Assembly: GCA_965215365.1 (NCBI GenBank)
Contig: CBDCDS010000003.1
Span: forward strand, 1,984,001-2,048,000
Reading direction: 5' to 3'
Origin: Gammaproteobacteria bacterium
GTDB taxonomy: Bacteria > Pseudomonadota > Gammaproteobacteria > Eutrophobiales > Eutrophobiaceae
DNA: 64,000 nucleotides
The translations under genes were made by a program, and so were the position numbers. The number at the start of each line of letters is the position of its first letter. Position 1 is the first letter of the stretch. Below, in pieces: positions 46,503 through 59,495 of this stretch. Below the pieces are notes generated by a model. It was not told the DNA's origin, searched no databases, and worked only from the letters and a program-made list of their open reading frames with translations.

Positions 46503-48707
46503 CTAAAATGAATAGGACGCGGTGACGCGGTAGCTGCGCGGCGCGCCGGGCTCGACCCAAACATCCGCATACGAATTGGTGTAGTAGGTCTCGTCAAACG
46601 CGTTGTCCAGGTCAACGCGCAGGGTAAGCCGCGGCGTCGGTGCAATCTGGCCGAAGAAGCGCGCGGTGGTATAGCTCGGCAGGTAGAAATCAAATGCCGT
46701 GAACCCCAGCCGCGCGTCCGTGTATTGCAGCCCGGCGCCCACCTGCGCCGGCATGCCGGCCACCTGGAAACTCTGGCTGAGCTGTACGCTCAGCTGATGC
46801 TCCGGCGAGTTGATGAGCGGGTCCCCGTCCTCAATGAGCACGCCCCAGTCAGCTTCAAGATTGCTGGTGGTAAATTCGGCGTCGATGTAGGCATAGGAAA
46901 GCCATAGGTTAAAGCCGGTCTCGAAGGCCAGGTCGGCGTCAACTTCAACCCCACGGCTGCGGGCTTTACCGGCGCTGCGGGAAAACCACCCGACTGCCAC
47001 GGCCTCCGGTCGGTCGTCGTTCACCAGAATGTTGCTTTGGTCCACCTGGAACAGCGACAGCGTCAGCGCGCCGGAGACACTGGTTGAAAACTGCGCCGCA
47101 GCCAGCTTCAGCCCGACCTCCACAGACTCAGTGATGTTCGGAGCAAACTGGTTGCCCTGATAGTCGGAACCGGCTTGTTGGCGAAAGCCTTCGCCGTAGG
47201 AGGCGTACAGGCTGGCGTTTTCGTTGAGTGAGTACACCGCGCCAAACTGCGGCGAGACCCGGGTATCCGAGGCGGTGGTCGTCGTTGCGGGAGTCGCGCG
47301 CAGGTTGGTCAAGTCCTGTTCAAAGTCATCCCAGCGCAAACCGAGGCGCACTTGCAGTCGCTCGGTGAGATCGATCTGGTCTTGGATGTAGAAGCCGAAG
47401 CCTTCCAGATCTTCGGCGCGGTGGGTGTTGGGACCCGGCAGCGGTTGTGGAGACTGACCATAGGCCGGATTGAACACATCCAAGAACAGATACGCGGCCG
47501 GGTCGAGGGTGTTGATGTCCGTGTCTGCCGGAAACCACCCGGGCCGGTAGCGCAAGATGAACCAGTTGAGTTGGAAACGATCGTAGTCGGCGCCGGCCAG
47601 CAGCCGGTGGCGCAGCGCGCCGGTGTTGAACTCCCCGGCAACTTCCGCGCGGGCGACGAAGTAGTCCGAATCAAATTCCCGATAGCGGAAAAAGCGCGAC
47701 AGGGTGCGGCCATCGAGGAAATAGGTCTGGCGCCCCGCGAAGTTGGTTTCCGAGGCGTTGCCCGCAAACGAGGTGTCCCGGTAGCCAACGCCGGCCAGCA
47801 GGCTCCAGTTTTCGGAGAAGTTATGCTGGGCTTCGAGTTGGTGTCCCAGCACTTCGGTCTCAATGGGCCCGTCGCCCGGCTCGCCGACAAAGGTTTTACG
47901 CGGCGTGAAACCATGTGTTTCCGAATAGGCAACGCCTCGATCAAAGGGGACCTCCTGCTCCGTGTACTCGACTTCGTAGGTTACGCGGGTTGCTTCGGAG
48001 ACAGCCCAAGTGAACGACGGATACAGGCCCACGCGTTCGGTTTCAACCGTATTCCTGAAGCTCTCCGCATCTTCGTAGAAGCCGACCAGGCGCAGCCCCA
48101 ACTCGTCGCCGGTGCCTACGGTAGTCTGCACATCGCCTTCAAAACGCATTTGCTGCCAGCGTCCGTAGGTGGCGCGCAAGTCCCCCGCCGTCTCAAATTG
48201 CGGCCGTTTGGTAATCAGGTTGACCGTACCGCCGGGCTCGCCGCGTCCGAACAGCGCCGCGCGCGGCCCTTTCAGCACTTCCACGGACTCAATGCCTACC
48301 AGGTCGCGCGGCCCGGCGAAGCCGCGCCCGGCATTGAAACCATTAACCAGAAATCCGCTGGGCAGGTTGATGTCGCCGGCGAAGCCGCGCACTGAAAAGG
48401 AGTTCCACAGCCCGCCAAAGTTGTTTTGCCGGGCCACGGATGCCGACAGGTCCAGCGCCTCATTGAGGTTGATGGCGCCGACCTGACGCAGCAGCTCCTC
48501 ATCAATGGCCTGGTCCGCCGAAGGCTTTTCCAGATTATCGAAGTTACCCTGATAGGCGCGGCGCTTGCCGATCACGAAAACTTCTTCTACGAGTTGTTCA
48601 GAGGCCTCTGCCTGCGAGGTTTGCGCGGCCACGGGCAGCGCGTAGAAATAAGTGAGTACGGCGGCGACTGCGAGCGCCGCCACCGGCTTGAATGTGTGTC
48701 GGATCAT
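46503..48707 (-). CDS. TonB-dependent receptor
   Basis: TonB box EEVFV, EVLKGPRAALFGRGEPGGTVN, C-terminal YSF. Confidence 0.95.
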   Translation of the reverse strand: MIRHTFKPVAALAVAAVLTYFYALPVAAQTSQAEASEQLVEEVFVIGKRRAYQGNFDNLEKPSADQAIDEELLRQVGAINLNEALDLSASVARQNNFGGLWNSFSVRGFAGDINLPSGFLVNGFNAGRGFAGPRDLVGIESVEVLKGPRAALFGRGEPGGTVNLITKRPQFETAGDLRATYGRWQQMRFEGDVQTTVGTGDELGLRLVGFYEDAESFRNTVETERVGLYPSFTWAVSEATRVTYEVEYTEQEVPFDRGVAYSETHGFTPRKTFVGEPGDGPIETEVLGHQLEAQHNFSENWSLLAGVGYRDTSFAGNASETNFAGRQTYFLDGRTLSRFFRYREFDSDYFVARAEVAGEFNTGALRHRLLAGADYDRFQLNWFILRYRPGWFPADTDINTLDPAAYLFLDVFNPAYGQSPQPLPGPNTHRAEDLEGFGFYIQDQIDLTERLQVRLGLRWDDFEQDLTNLRATPATTTTASDTRVSPQFGAVYSLNENASLYASYGEGFRQQAGSDYQGNQFAPNITESVEVGLKLAAAQFSTSVSGALTLSLFQVDQSNILVNDDRPEAVAVGWFSRSAGKARSRGVEVDADLAFETGFNLWLSYAYIDAEFTTSNLEADWGVLIEDGDPLINSPEHQLSVQLSQSFQVAGMPAQVGAGLQYTDARLGFTAFDFYLPSYTTARFFGQIAPTPRLTLRVDLDNAFDETYYTNSYADVWVEPGAPRSYRVTASYSF

Positions 48708-48870
48708 TTTTCCTGTTCCATAAATATTTCAAGTACCGCAACGGCCACAGCACACAGCTGTGCAGCTGCCGTTAGCGGTGTAAGTAAACCCACGGCGTCT
48801 GTGAAAACCAGAGACGGTCATACAGCATGGGGACATGCCCGGTAAATACCACAGCGGGCAGTTACAGAGG

Positions 48871-49182
48871 CTACTTCAAGGAGAATAAGGTCAAAGGAGG
48901 GCCGGTAGGCGGTGGTCGAATCGAGAGCGGGCGCGTTGGCAGCGTCTGATTTGTTGATTGAGGTGTGGCCGGGGGCCACGCAACGAACGTTGCCAAAACG
49001 CCATTCGCAACGGCAACGAGCGCCTCCTGCTCATCGTTCAAAATGGCGAAACAGGCAACCCCATCGTGCTCATGGTGACCGGCGCCAAACTCACTCGCAT
49101 GCGCAAGCGCGAGCACTTGCCCGGCCAGGAACAGGGCCAGCCCGAGTCGTGGTATCCATTTGTGCTGAGTGATTCGCAACAT
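48871..49182 (-). CDS. Small His-rich leader protein (DUF2946-like)
   Basis: Hydrophobic segment ending ALAH, HHEHDGVAC, C-terminal RPPPTGPP. Confidence 0.65.
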   Translation of the reverse strand: MLRITQHKWIPRLGLALFLAGQVLALAHASEFGAGHHEHDGVACFAILNDEQEALVAVANGVLATFVAWPPATPQSTNQTLPTRPLSIRPPPTGPPLTLFSLK

Positions 49183-49215
49183 GGCACCATTTTACACGAT
49201 TCAGCTGGCATTCTC

Positions 49216-49233
49216 TAGTGTAATACAACATTC
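49216..49233. promoter_or_regulatory. Possible Zur-type box
   Basis: TAGTGTAATACAACATTC; 11/15 match to TGTTATAATATAACA upstream of the uptake unit. Confidence 0.35.
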
Positions 49234-50596
49234 ACGTTTTCTTCCTGCCTCGTTTCCAGTCCGGCACAACTCTGGTCTCGCGGCGGCTCAGGGCTAGGGC
49301 GCCGGGCTCTACATCCTTGCTTAGCGTGGCGCCGGCGGCGATGGTGGCGCCGGCGTTGATGGTGAGGGGGGCGATGAGTTCGGTGTTGGAGCCGATGAAC
49401 ACATCAGCGCCGATGATGGTTTTGTGCTTCTCAGCGCCGTCGTAGTTGCAGGTGATGGCGCCGGCGCCGATGTTGACACGCGCTCCGACCTCGCTGTCGC
49501 CGATGTAGCTGAGATGGTTGGCCTTGGTACCCTGGCCCAGGGCTGATTGTTTTATTTCGACGAAATTACCGATATGCACATCTTCATCAAGCCTGGAACC
49601 GGGGCGGATGCGGGCAAACGGGCCAATCCGGTTCCTGGCGCCGAGCTCGGCATTGTCGATGACACTGTGGGCATGGATTTGTGCCTCGGCGCCGATACAG
49701 CTGTTGCGAATGATGCAGTTGGGGCCGATGACAGCCCGATTACCGATATGCACCTCGCCTTCGATGACGACATTCACATCTATGAAAACATCCTCACCGG
49801 TGGTCAGCGTGCCGCGCAGGTCGAAGCGGGCCGGATCCGCCAGACTGACACCCTGGCACATGAGGGTCCGGGCCTGTTGTAGCTGGTAGTGTCGTTCCAG
49901 TTCGGCCAGTTGCGCGCGGTCATTCACGCCTGTTATCTCCATGTTTGAGGCAGGGGAAACCGTCTGCACCTCAACGCCTTGCCGCACCGCGTGGCCGACT
50001 GCATCGGTGAGCAGATACTCTCGCTGCGCGTTGTCATCCGTGAGCAGGTTCAACCCGTTTTGCAGCAGGTCGGCGCGCGCCACCATCATCCCCGTGTTGA
50101 TCTCGCACAGCAGTTGCTGCTGCTCGCTGGCGTCGCGCTGCTCTACGATTTTCACAACCTTGCCGGCTGCGTCTCGTACTATACGACCGTAGCCGGCAGG
50201 GTTATCAAGGTAAGCGGTCAGCAGGCTGAAGCCGGCGTCTCCGGCCGCATCCACCAGCGCCGACAGGGTCTTCGCGCTAACCAGCGGCACATCGCCGTAG
50301 AGCACCAGCACCTGGTGAGAGGCGGGAATGGCACCGATCACCTGCATGACAGCATGGCCGGTGCCCAGTTGCTGTGTCTGCTCCACCCAGCGGGCGTTAC
50401 AGGTCTCATGGGCTGCGCGCAGCTGCTCACCCTGGTGCCCGTAAACAATGTAGATCTGATCACAGGACAACCGACAGGCCGTGGCGTACACATGTTGCAG
50501 CAGGGTTTTGCCGGCCAGGGTGTGCATGACCTTGGGCCGGGAAGAGCGCATGCGCTGGCCCATTCCGGCGGCAAGGATAATGGCGCTCAGGGGCAT
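49232..50596 (-). CDS. glmU: Bifunctional GlmU
   Basis: ILAAGMGQRMRS, QLGTGHAV, GYGRIVR, hexapeptide repeats, NYDG. Confidence 0.97.
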   Translation of the reverse strand: MPLSAIILAAGMGQRMRSSRPKVMHTLAGKTLLQHVYATACRLSCDQIYIVYGHQGEQLRAAHETCNARWVEQTQQLGTGHAVMQVIGAIPASHQVLVLYGDVPLVSAKTLSALVDAAGDAGFSLLTAYLDNPAGYGRIVRDAAGKVVKIVEQRDASEQQQLLCEINTGMMVARADLLQNGLNLLTDDNAQREYLLTDAVGHAVRQGVEVQTVSPASNMEITGVNDRAQLAELERHYQLQQARTLMCQGVSLADPARFDLRGTLTTGEDVFIDVNVVIEGEVHIGNRAVIGPNCIIRNSCIGAEAQIHAHSVIDNAELGARNRIGPFARIRPGSRLDEDVHIGNFVEIKQSALGQGTKANHLSYIGDSEVGARVNIGAGAITCNYDGAEKHKTIIGADVFIGSNTELIAPLTINAGATIAAGATLSKDVEPGALALSRRETRVVPDWKRGRKKT

Positions 50597-50687
50597 GATA
50601 ATACAGTGTTGCGAGTAGCCAACCCCCACTCGCAACAGGCCGGGGCCGGCTTTTTATCTGTTCCCGTGTTTACAGCCAGCGCCGGCC

Positions 50688-51113
50688 TCAACCGCGTCCG
50701 CTGCGCTGGCGCATCCTGCGGATGGCTTGCAACTGCGCCACGGCTTCGGCGTTTTGCGCCAGTGCGGTGGCGTATTCTATCTGCGCGTCGCGATCGTGCA
50801 GCTGCTGTTCCGCTTCTTCCTTGGCCTTGAGCACCGCCGCCTCATCCAAGTCCTCGGCGCGCATGGCTGTATCCGAAAGCACTGTCACCACCTCCGGTTG
50901 CACCTCCAACATGCCGCCGGAGACATAGAATCCCTGTTCCTCGCCATTTTCCTCCTTGACCCGTACTTCGCCGGGGGCCAGCGTCGTCACCAACGGCGTA
51001 TGACCCGGCGCAATACCTACCTCACCCAGCACGGCCGGGGCGAACACCAGCTGCGCTTCCCCGGAGAAGATCTCCTGCTCGGCGCTGACGATATCGACTT
51101 GAATGGTTGCCAT
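50688..51113 (-). CDS. atpC: ATP synthase epsilon subunit
   Basis: VDIVSAE, GEVGIAPGHTP, VSGGMLEVQP. Confidence 0.96.
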   Translation of the reverse strand: MATIQVDIVSAEQEIFSGEAQLVFAPAVLGEVGIAPGHTPLVTTLAPGEVRVKEENGEEQGFYVSGGMLEVQPEVVTVLSDTAMRAEDLDEAAVLKAKEEAEQQLHDRDAQIEYATALAQNAEAVAQLQAIRRMRQRSGRG

Positions 51114-51119
51114 AAGGTT

Positions 51120-51360
51120 TAGCCCGCATATCTCACTAAGTGATGCGAAGATCGCGCCGGGTTTTTTGCGCCTGCGGGTGCCTGCGAACGAAAGCATAGT
51201 GGTTCTCTGGTTGAGTGAGCATGTGCCCGCAGGCGCAAAAAAGACCAGCGAGGGCGCATCAAGCGCAGTGTGTTATGGGGAAAGAGTAGCAGTATTATCA
51301 TAACTTATTGATAGCAGAAATGTTTCACAAGACGACAAGCGACTTGGTGAGATCTGCGGG

Positions 51361-51363
<3 letters not shown>
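51120..51363. mobile_element. MITE family A, full-length, TA-flanked
   Basis: Terminal inverted repeats TAGCCCGCATATCTCACTAAGT and ACTTGGTGAGATCTGCGGGTTA (19/22); internal hairpin ttttttgcgcctgcggg...cccgcaggcgcaaaaaa. Confidence 0.8.
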
Positions 51364-53266
<1,903 letters not shown>

Positions 53267-53267
<1 letters not shown>

Positions 53268-54130
53268 TACACCGCGGCTGCGCCACCCACGATCTCGGAT
53301 ATTTCTTGGGTGATTGCGGCCTGGCGGGCCTTGTTGTATATCAGTTGCAATTCTTCTATCAGGGTACCGGCATTATCGGACGCGCTCTTCATGGCGACCA
53401 TGCGCGCAGCCTGTTCGCAGGCGATATTCTCCACCACTGCCTGGTATATCAGAGATTCCACGTAGCGCCGCAATAACTGGTCCAGCACCTCCCTGGCATC
53501 CGGTTCATAAATGTAGTCCCAGTGGCGCTTCAGCTCTTCAGCTCCCAGCGATTGCACCGGGATAAGCTGCTCCACGGTTGACCGCTGCGTCATCGAGTTG
53601 ACGAACTGGTTGGAGACCAGATACACCTCGTCAAGGTCCTCTGCCAGATAGGCATCGAGCATCACCTTGATGGCGCCAATTAAGGTATCTAGGCCGGGCG
53701 CGTCCCCGATGTGAGTAGTCTGGGCGATGATATTCGCGCCCAGGCGTCGAAAGTAAGCCACCGCCTTGTTGCCGATGATGCTGAGGTCGATGCCGACCCC
53801 GGCGTCATCCCACGCCTGCATGCGGCCCAGCACCTCCCGGTACAGGTTCGAATTCAACCCGCCGCACAGGCCGCGGTCGGTGGCAATGATGACCAGCCCG
53901 ACACGCTTGACCTCGGCGCGCGCAATCAGGTAAGGATGCTTGTATTCCGGGTTGGCCGCGCCCAGGTGTGCGATCACGTTGCGGATTTTATCCGCATACG
54001 GGCGAGCCATGCGCATGCGTTCCTGCGCCTTGCGCATCTTGCTGGCCGCCACCATCTCCATCGCCTTGGTGATCTTCTGCGTGTTCTTCACGCTGGCGAT
54101 CTTGGTGCGTATTTCTTTACCTGCTGCCAT
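53267..54130 (-). CDS. atpG: ATP synthase gamma subunit
   Basis: [36 protein letters not shown]. Confidence 0.98.
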
Positions 54131-54146
54131 GGGTCTGCTGCGGTCT

Positions 54147-55688
54147 CTACCAGGTGTGGTTCTGCTTGAATTCTTCCAGGCTGTCCTTCAGCGCGGCGGC
54201 GACCGCGTCGGTGTACTCGGGCGTGGCCTCGATGCCCGCCATGAGCTCTTTGCGCTCACTGTGCATGAAGTTATGCAGCGCCGCTTCAAAATCACCGACT
54301 TTTTCCAGCTCCACGTCATCCAGGTAACCATTTTCCACCGCGTACAGGCTCACCGCGGTAGCGGCCACGCTGAGCGGGGAATATTGTGCCTGCTTCATCA
54401 ACTCCATCACGCGCTGGCCGCGCTCGAGTTGCTTGCGGGTGGCATCGTCCAGGTCGGAGGCAAACTGGGCGAATGCCGCCAGTTCCCGGTACTGGGCCAG
54501 GGCCAGACGGATGCCGCCGCCCAGTTTCTTGATGATCTTCGTCTGCGCCGCGCCGCCTACCCGCGATACCGACAGGCCAGCATTGATGGCGGGGCGGAAA
54601 CCGGAGTTGAACAGGTCGGTCTCTAGGTAGATCTGGCCGTCGGTAATGGAGATCACGTTGGTCGGCACAAACGCGGACACATCGCCGGCCTGGGTTTCGA
54701 TGATGGGCAGCGCGGTCAGCGACCCGGTCTTGCCCTTGACTTCGCCGTCGGTCAGTTTTTCCACTGCCTCTGCGTTCAGGCGCGCGGCCCGCTCCAGCAA
54801 GCGCGAGTGCAGGTAGAACACATCGCCGGGATAGGCTTCGCGCCCTGGCGGGCGGCGCAGCAGCAGCGACACCTGACGGTAGGCCCAGGCCTGCTTGGTC
54901 AGGTCATCGTAGATGATCAAGGCATCTTCGCCGCGGTCGCGGAAATACTCGCCCATGGCGCAGCCGGCGTAGGGCGCAATGTATTGCATGGCCGCCGAAT
55001 CCGAGGCCGTGGCCGCCACCACGATGGTGTGTGCCATGGCGCCGTGCTCTTCGAGCTTGCGTATCACCACGTTCACGGAGGAGGCCTTCTGGCCGATAGC
55101 CACGTAGATGCACTTCACCCCGGTGCCCTTCTGGTTGATGATAGTATCCACCGCCACCGCAGTCTTGCCGGTCTGGCGGTCACCGATGATCAGCTCACGT
55201 TGGCCGCACCCGATGGGCACCATGGAATCGATAGACTTCAGGCCGGTCTGCACCGGTTGTGACACGGACTGACGTCCGATCACGCCGGGCGCGATCTTTT
55301 CGATGGGGGAACTGGCGGCAGCGTTGATCTCACCCTTGCCGTCAATAGGGGCGCCCAGCGAATTGACCACGCGCCCCAGCAAGGCTTCCCCCACCGGCAC
55401 TTCCAGGATGCGCTTGGTGCACTTGGCGGTGTCGCCCTCGGAAATATGCTCATAATTCCCCAGCACCACCGCGCCCACCGAATCCCGCTCCAGGTTCAGG
55501 GCTAAGCCGTAGGTATTGGCGGGAAACTCAATCATCTCGCCCTGCATGGCGTCACTCAGACCGTGGATACGGGCAATCCCGTCGGACAGGCTGACTACGG
55601 TGCCCTCCGTGCGCGCATCGGTATCTAGGTCAAAGTCCTGTATTTTCTTTTTGATCAGTTCACTGATTTCTGTTGCACTGATTGACAT
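54147..55688 (-). CDS. atpA: ATP synthase alpha subunit
   Basis: [31 protein letters not shown]. Confidence 0.98.
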   Translation of the reverse strand: MSISATEISELIKKKIQDFDLDTDARTEGTVVSLSDGIARIHGLSDAMQGEMIEFPANTYGLALNLERDSVGAVVLGNYEHISEGDTAKCTKRILEVPVGEALLGRVVNSLGAPIDGKGEINAAASSPIEKIAPGVIGRQSVSQPVQTGLKSIDSMVPIGCGQRELIIGDRQTGKTAVAVDTIINQKGTGVKCIYVAIGQKASSVNVVIRKLEEHGAMAHTIVVAATASDSAAMQYIAPYAGCAMGEYFRDRGEDALIIYDDLTKQAWAYRQVSLLLRRPPGREAYPGDVFYLHSRLLERAARLNAEAVEKLTDGEVKGKTGSLTALPIIETQAGDVSAFVPTNVISITDGQIYLETDLFNSGFRPAINAGLSVSRVGGAAQTKIIKKLGGGIRLALAQYRELAAFAQFASDLDDATRKQLERGQRVMELMKQAQYSPLSVAATAVSLYAVENGYLDDVELEKVGDFEAALHNFMHSERKELMAGIEATPEYTDAVAAALKDSLEEFKQNHTW

Positions 55689-55708
55689 TACTGTTCCTCA
55701 ATTAGTCT

Positions 55709-55840
55709 ATCCGCAGCTGACGCAGTTAAGGTCACCTCTCACAAACACGAGGTGACCGTGCAGCACACGGAGGGTATTTTTAGAGGTTACCTTAAATAAC
55801 AACCGGAGTTTCATCTGCGTTCATCTGCGTCATCTGCGGA
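55709..55840. mobile_element. ORF-less relative of the GxxExxY cassette with a family-B element nested at 55727-55794
   Basis: ATCCGCAGCTGACGCAGTT...CATCTGCGTTCATCTGCGTCATCTGCGGA. Confidence 0.7.
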
Positions 55841-56369
55841 CCAGTTCGTTACGCAGTTCGCCCAGGCGGCCGCGCAGGGAGGCGTCGATGATGGCATCGC
55901 CGGCGCGGATGACGGCGCCGCCGATCAAGGTCTCATCCACCGCAGTCCTGACGCTAACCCGTTTACCCAGGCGCGCCGATATGGTGTCGGCTATGCCGGC
56001 CTGTTGCCGTTCATCCAGCGTGTAGGCCGTTACCACCTCCACCTCCACCTTGCCCTCGGCCGCGGCCCGCAGCTGCTCATACAAGTCCTTGATGTAAGAG
56101 GCGTATTGCAGGCGTTCGGCTTGCACCAGCACTTTCACGAAGTTTTGGCCGGCGCCGGAAAGCTCGTCGCCGCACACGTCAAACACCAGTTCCTGCAGCT
56201 GTTGGCGGCTGACTTTGGGGTTGGCGATCAGGGCGCGCAAGCTGTTGTCGGAGACAATCAGGCTTAACAAGCCAAGCATAGCTGACCAGGCCTCGACCTG
56301 GCCGGTCTCCTGCGCCAGTTCAAACACTGCGGTAGCGTAGGGCCGGGCTATGGTGGCATTCTCAAGCAT
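55830..56369 (-). CDS. atpH: ATP synthase delta subunit
   Basis: IARPYATAVF, LIGGAVIRAGDAIIDASL. Confidence 0.96.
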   Translation of the reverse strand: MLENATIARPYATAVFELAQETGQVEAWSAMLGLLSLIVSDNSLRALIANPKVSRQQLQELVFDVCGDELSGAGQNFVKVLVQAERLQYASYIKDLYEQLRAAAEGKVEVEVVTAYTLDERQQAGIADTISARLGKRVSVRTAVDETLIGGAVIRAGDAIIDASLRGRLGELRNELVRR

Positions 56370-56379
56370 CAGGCGAGCC

Positions 56380-56850
56380 TTACAACTCTGCGCTTAATCC
56401 GGCCAGCAGTTCGTCATGCGCGCTCTTATCCACCTCGCGCCTCAGGATGCGCTCTGCGCCGACCAGCGCCAGCGTTGCCACTTCCTGCCGCAGGCCATCC
56501 CGGGCCTGGGTGCGCTCCCGCTCAATTTCGGCGTGCGCGGCCTCAATCAGACGGTCGCCTTCCACCCTGGCGGTCTGCTTGGCCTCTTCCAGGATCTCAG
56601 CGCCACGCTTTTGCGCCTGTACGATGATCTCGTTGGCCTTCTGCTTGCCCTCATTGACCAGCTCCGTCATACGCTGGTCGGCCTCCGCGAACTTGTGCTG
56701 CCCGGCCGCGGCGGCCGCCAGCCCGTCGGCAATGCGCTTTTCCCGCTCCTGCAAGGCATTGATGATCGGCGGCCACACATACTTCATGCAGAACCAGACG
56801 AAAATAAACAGCGAGATCGCCTGGCCGATCAAGGTCAGGTTGATGCTCAT
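56380..56850 (-). CDS. atpF: ATP synthase subunit b
   Basis: INLTLIGQAISLFIFVWFCMKYVWPP. Confidence 0.97.
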   Translation of the reverse strand: MSINLTLIGQAISLFIFVWFCMKYVWPPIINALQEREKRIADGLAAAAAGQHKFAEADQRMTELVNEGKQKANEIIVQAQKRGAEILEEAKQTARVEGDRLIEAAHAEIERERTQARDGLRQEVATLALVGAERILRREVDKSAHDELLAGLSAEL

Positions 56851-56855
56851 ACGCG

Positions 56856-58019
<1,164 letters not shown>

Positions 58020-58030
58020 CTAACGCCCGT

Positions 58031-58423
58031 TCAGCCCCGCTGCGGCCGCATAAGACCTGCCAGCGCCCAGGCATAGACTGCCAGCGTTGCCGCATACGTG
58101 CTCACGAACACCGGAAAATTGACCGGCGCCGTGGCAAACACGATACAGAACAGTGCGACTACCAGCGCTATCTTCATAAAATATGCAAGGTACAGGTTGC
58201 GCACGAACTGCTGCGCGTCTGTTGCTCTGCTGCCGAACACTTTTCTGCCCGTGTACCAGGTGGACAAGGCGCTGATGCCCCCGGCCAGCGCCGCCGAAGC
58301 CGCCGCCACCAGCCCCAACAGCGGTAACAAAGCCACGCCGACGCCAAGCGCGAGTCCGATCTGTATCACTGCAACCCGGTCAGGCATCGCCTTGATTTTC
58401 GGAGATTTCAAAAACCTGTCCAC
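58031..58423 (-). CDS. atpI: ATP synthase protein I (start uncertain)
   Basis: Four-transmembrane protein upstream of atpB. Confidence 0.8.
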   Translation of the reverse strand: MDRFLKSPKIKAMPDRVAVIQIGLALGVGVALLPLLGLVAAASAALAGGISALSTWYTGRKVFGSRATDAQQFVRNLYLAYFMKIALVVALFCIVFATAPVNFPVFVSTYAATLAVYAWALAGLMRPQRG

Positions 58424-58454
58424 CAGGTGCCACTCCCGTGAGAGACGAATTAAA

Positions 58455-58500
58455 AGGGAACTCTAAAAATGCCACGGAGGGCATTTTTAGAGATTACTTA
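58455..58500. repeat. Family-B palindromic element
   Basis: CTCTAAAAATGCC-ACGGAG-GGCATTTTTAGAG. Confidence 0.75.
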
Positions 58501-58607
58501 AATACTGTATTTGCCCAGGCAGGAACTGACCTTCAATCTTTGGTTTTTATCCGCTGGTGACGGGCAAGGAGGCGCATTATAATAGCATTGTGAGATTAAA
58601 GCAAACG

Positions 58608-58648
58608 TGTTCAGGTTCAATACATATGAGACTGTGCTGTGTGAATTG
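58608..58648. mobile_element. Orphan end of an IS481 related to the element at 5345-6476
   Basis: TGTTCAGGTTCAATACATATGAGACT is 25/26 identical to the reverse complement of the IS right end. Confidence 0.75.
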
Positions 58649-58686
58649 ACACACTACCGAGGCGCAGGACCGAGATGCCGGTCAGT

Positions 58687-58715
58687 TTGACAGCGCCTCC
58701 CATAACGGCTAGAAT
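58687..58715 (+). promoter_or_regulatory. Sigma70 promoter of the yceD-rpmF-fab operon
   Basis: TTGACA-17 nt-TAGAAT. Confidence 0.7.
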
Positions 58716-58725
58716 GCCGCGCCTG

Positions 58726-59241
58726 ATGTCGTCGGACCTGCCTCATATTATTGCGCCTGAGCGTCTTGCGCGGGCGGGTGTGCGCTTGCAGGGGCAGTTG
58801 CAACTGCGCGCCATGAGCCGGCTGACAGCATTATTGGCCGATGATCGGGGTACAGTCAGGCTGGGACTGACGTTCAGCCTTGCCGAGCATGGGGTAGTAC
58901 GCATTAACGGTGACTATGCCGCGCAGCTGCGTCTGGTTTGCCAACGCTGTCTGGAACCGATGACCGTAAGTCTGGCCGATACGATCAATGTGGGCATCGT
59001 TTTCACGGCTGCGGCAAGGCAACTGCCCGGTGCCGTGGAAACACTGGTACTCACACAGGACACCATGGTGTTGACGGATTTTATCGAAGATGAAATTTTA
59101 CTGGGCATGCCCATTGCGCCCAAGCATGAGCATCAAACCGCGCCTGCTGGCTGCTGCGCAGATGAGCAGATAGCGGAACCTGAACAGGCTGAGCCAAACC
59201 CGTTTCACGTATTGAAAACATTGCAGCTGGGAAACGCTTGA
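58726..59241 (+). CDS. yceD: YceD/DUF177 protein
   Basis: CQRCLEP, IEDEILLGMP, PNPFHVLK; upstream of rpmF. Confidence 0.9.
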   Translation: MSSDLPHIIAPERLARAGVRLQGQLQLRAMSRLTALLADDRGTVRLGLTFSLAEHGVVRINGDYAAQLRLVCQRCLEPMTVSLADTINVGIVFTAAARQLPGAVETLVLTQDTMVLTDFIEDEILLGMPIAPKHEHQTAPAGCCADEQIAEPEQAEPNPFHVLKTLQLGNA

Positions 59242-59277
59242 CTAGGCGTTCCCCAGCGCCGACCGGAGATTGCAAGC

Positions 59278-59463
59278 ATGGCTGTACAACAGAGAAAGAA
59301 ATCAACTGCACGGCGCGACGCGCGCCGTTCCCATGATGCGCTCAAATCACCGAGCCTGTCGGTTGAGCCGACTACCGGCGAGGTTCACCGGCGCCACCAT
59401 CTCAGTCCCGATGGCTATTACCGGGGCAAACAGGTTGTACGCACCAAGGAAGAGGATGAATAG
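59278..59463 (+). CDS. rpmF: 50S ribosomal protein L32
   Basis: MAVQQRKKS...RRSHDAL...HRRHH...GYYRG. Confidence 0.97.
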   Translation: MAVQQRKKSTARRDARRSHDALKSPSLSVEPTTGEVHRRHHLSPDGYYRGKQVVRTKEEDE

Positions 59464-59495
59464 ACGTTGTTATCGAGCAGCGTTTTTGACCTGAA

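Noticed and set aside
47352-48395. Long antisense ORFs here and over atpD, pmbA, glmU and the TRAP gene
   Set aside because: Shadow frames expected from GC-rich codon bias opposite well-supported genes.
51114-51303. AtpC extension and small ORFs 51103-51303 and 51119-51301
   Set aside because: All lie within the MITE.
59278-59463. Cys-free L32 as a zinc-sparing paralogue
   Set aside because: Cys-free L32 in the yceD-rpmF-plsX operon is ordinary for Gammaproteobacteria.
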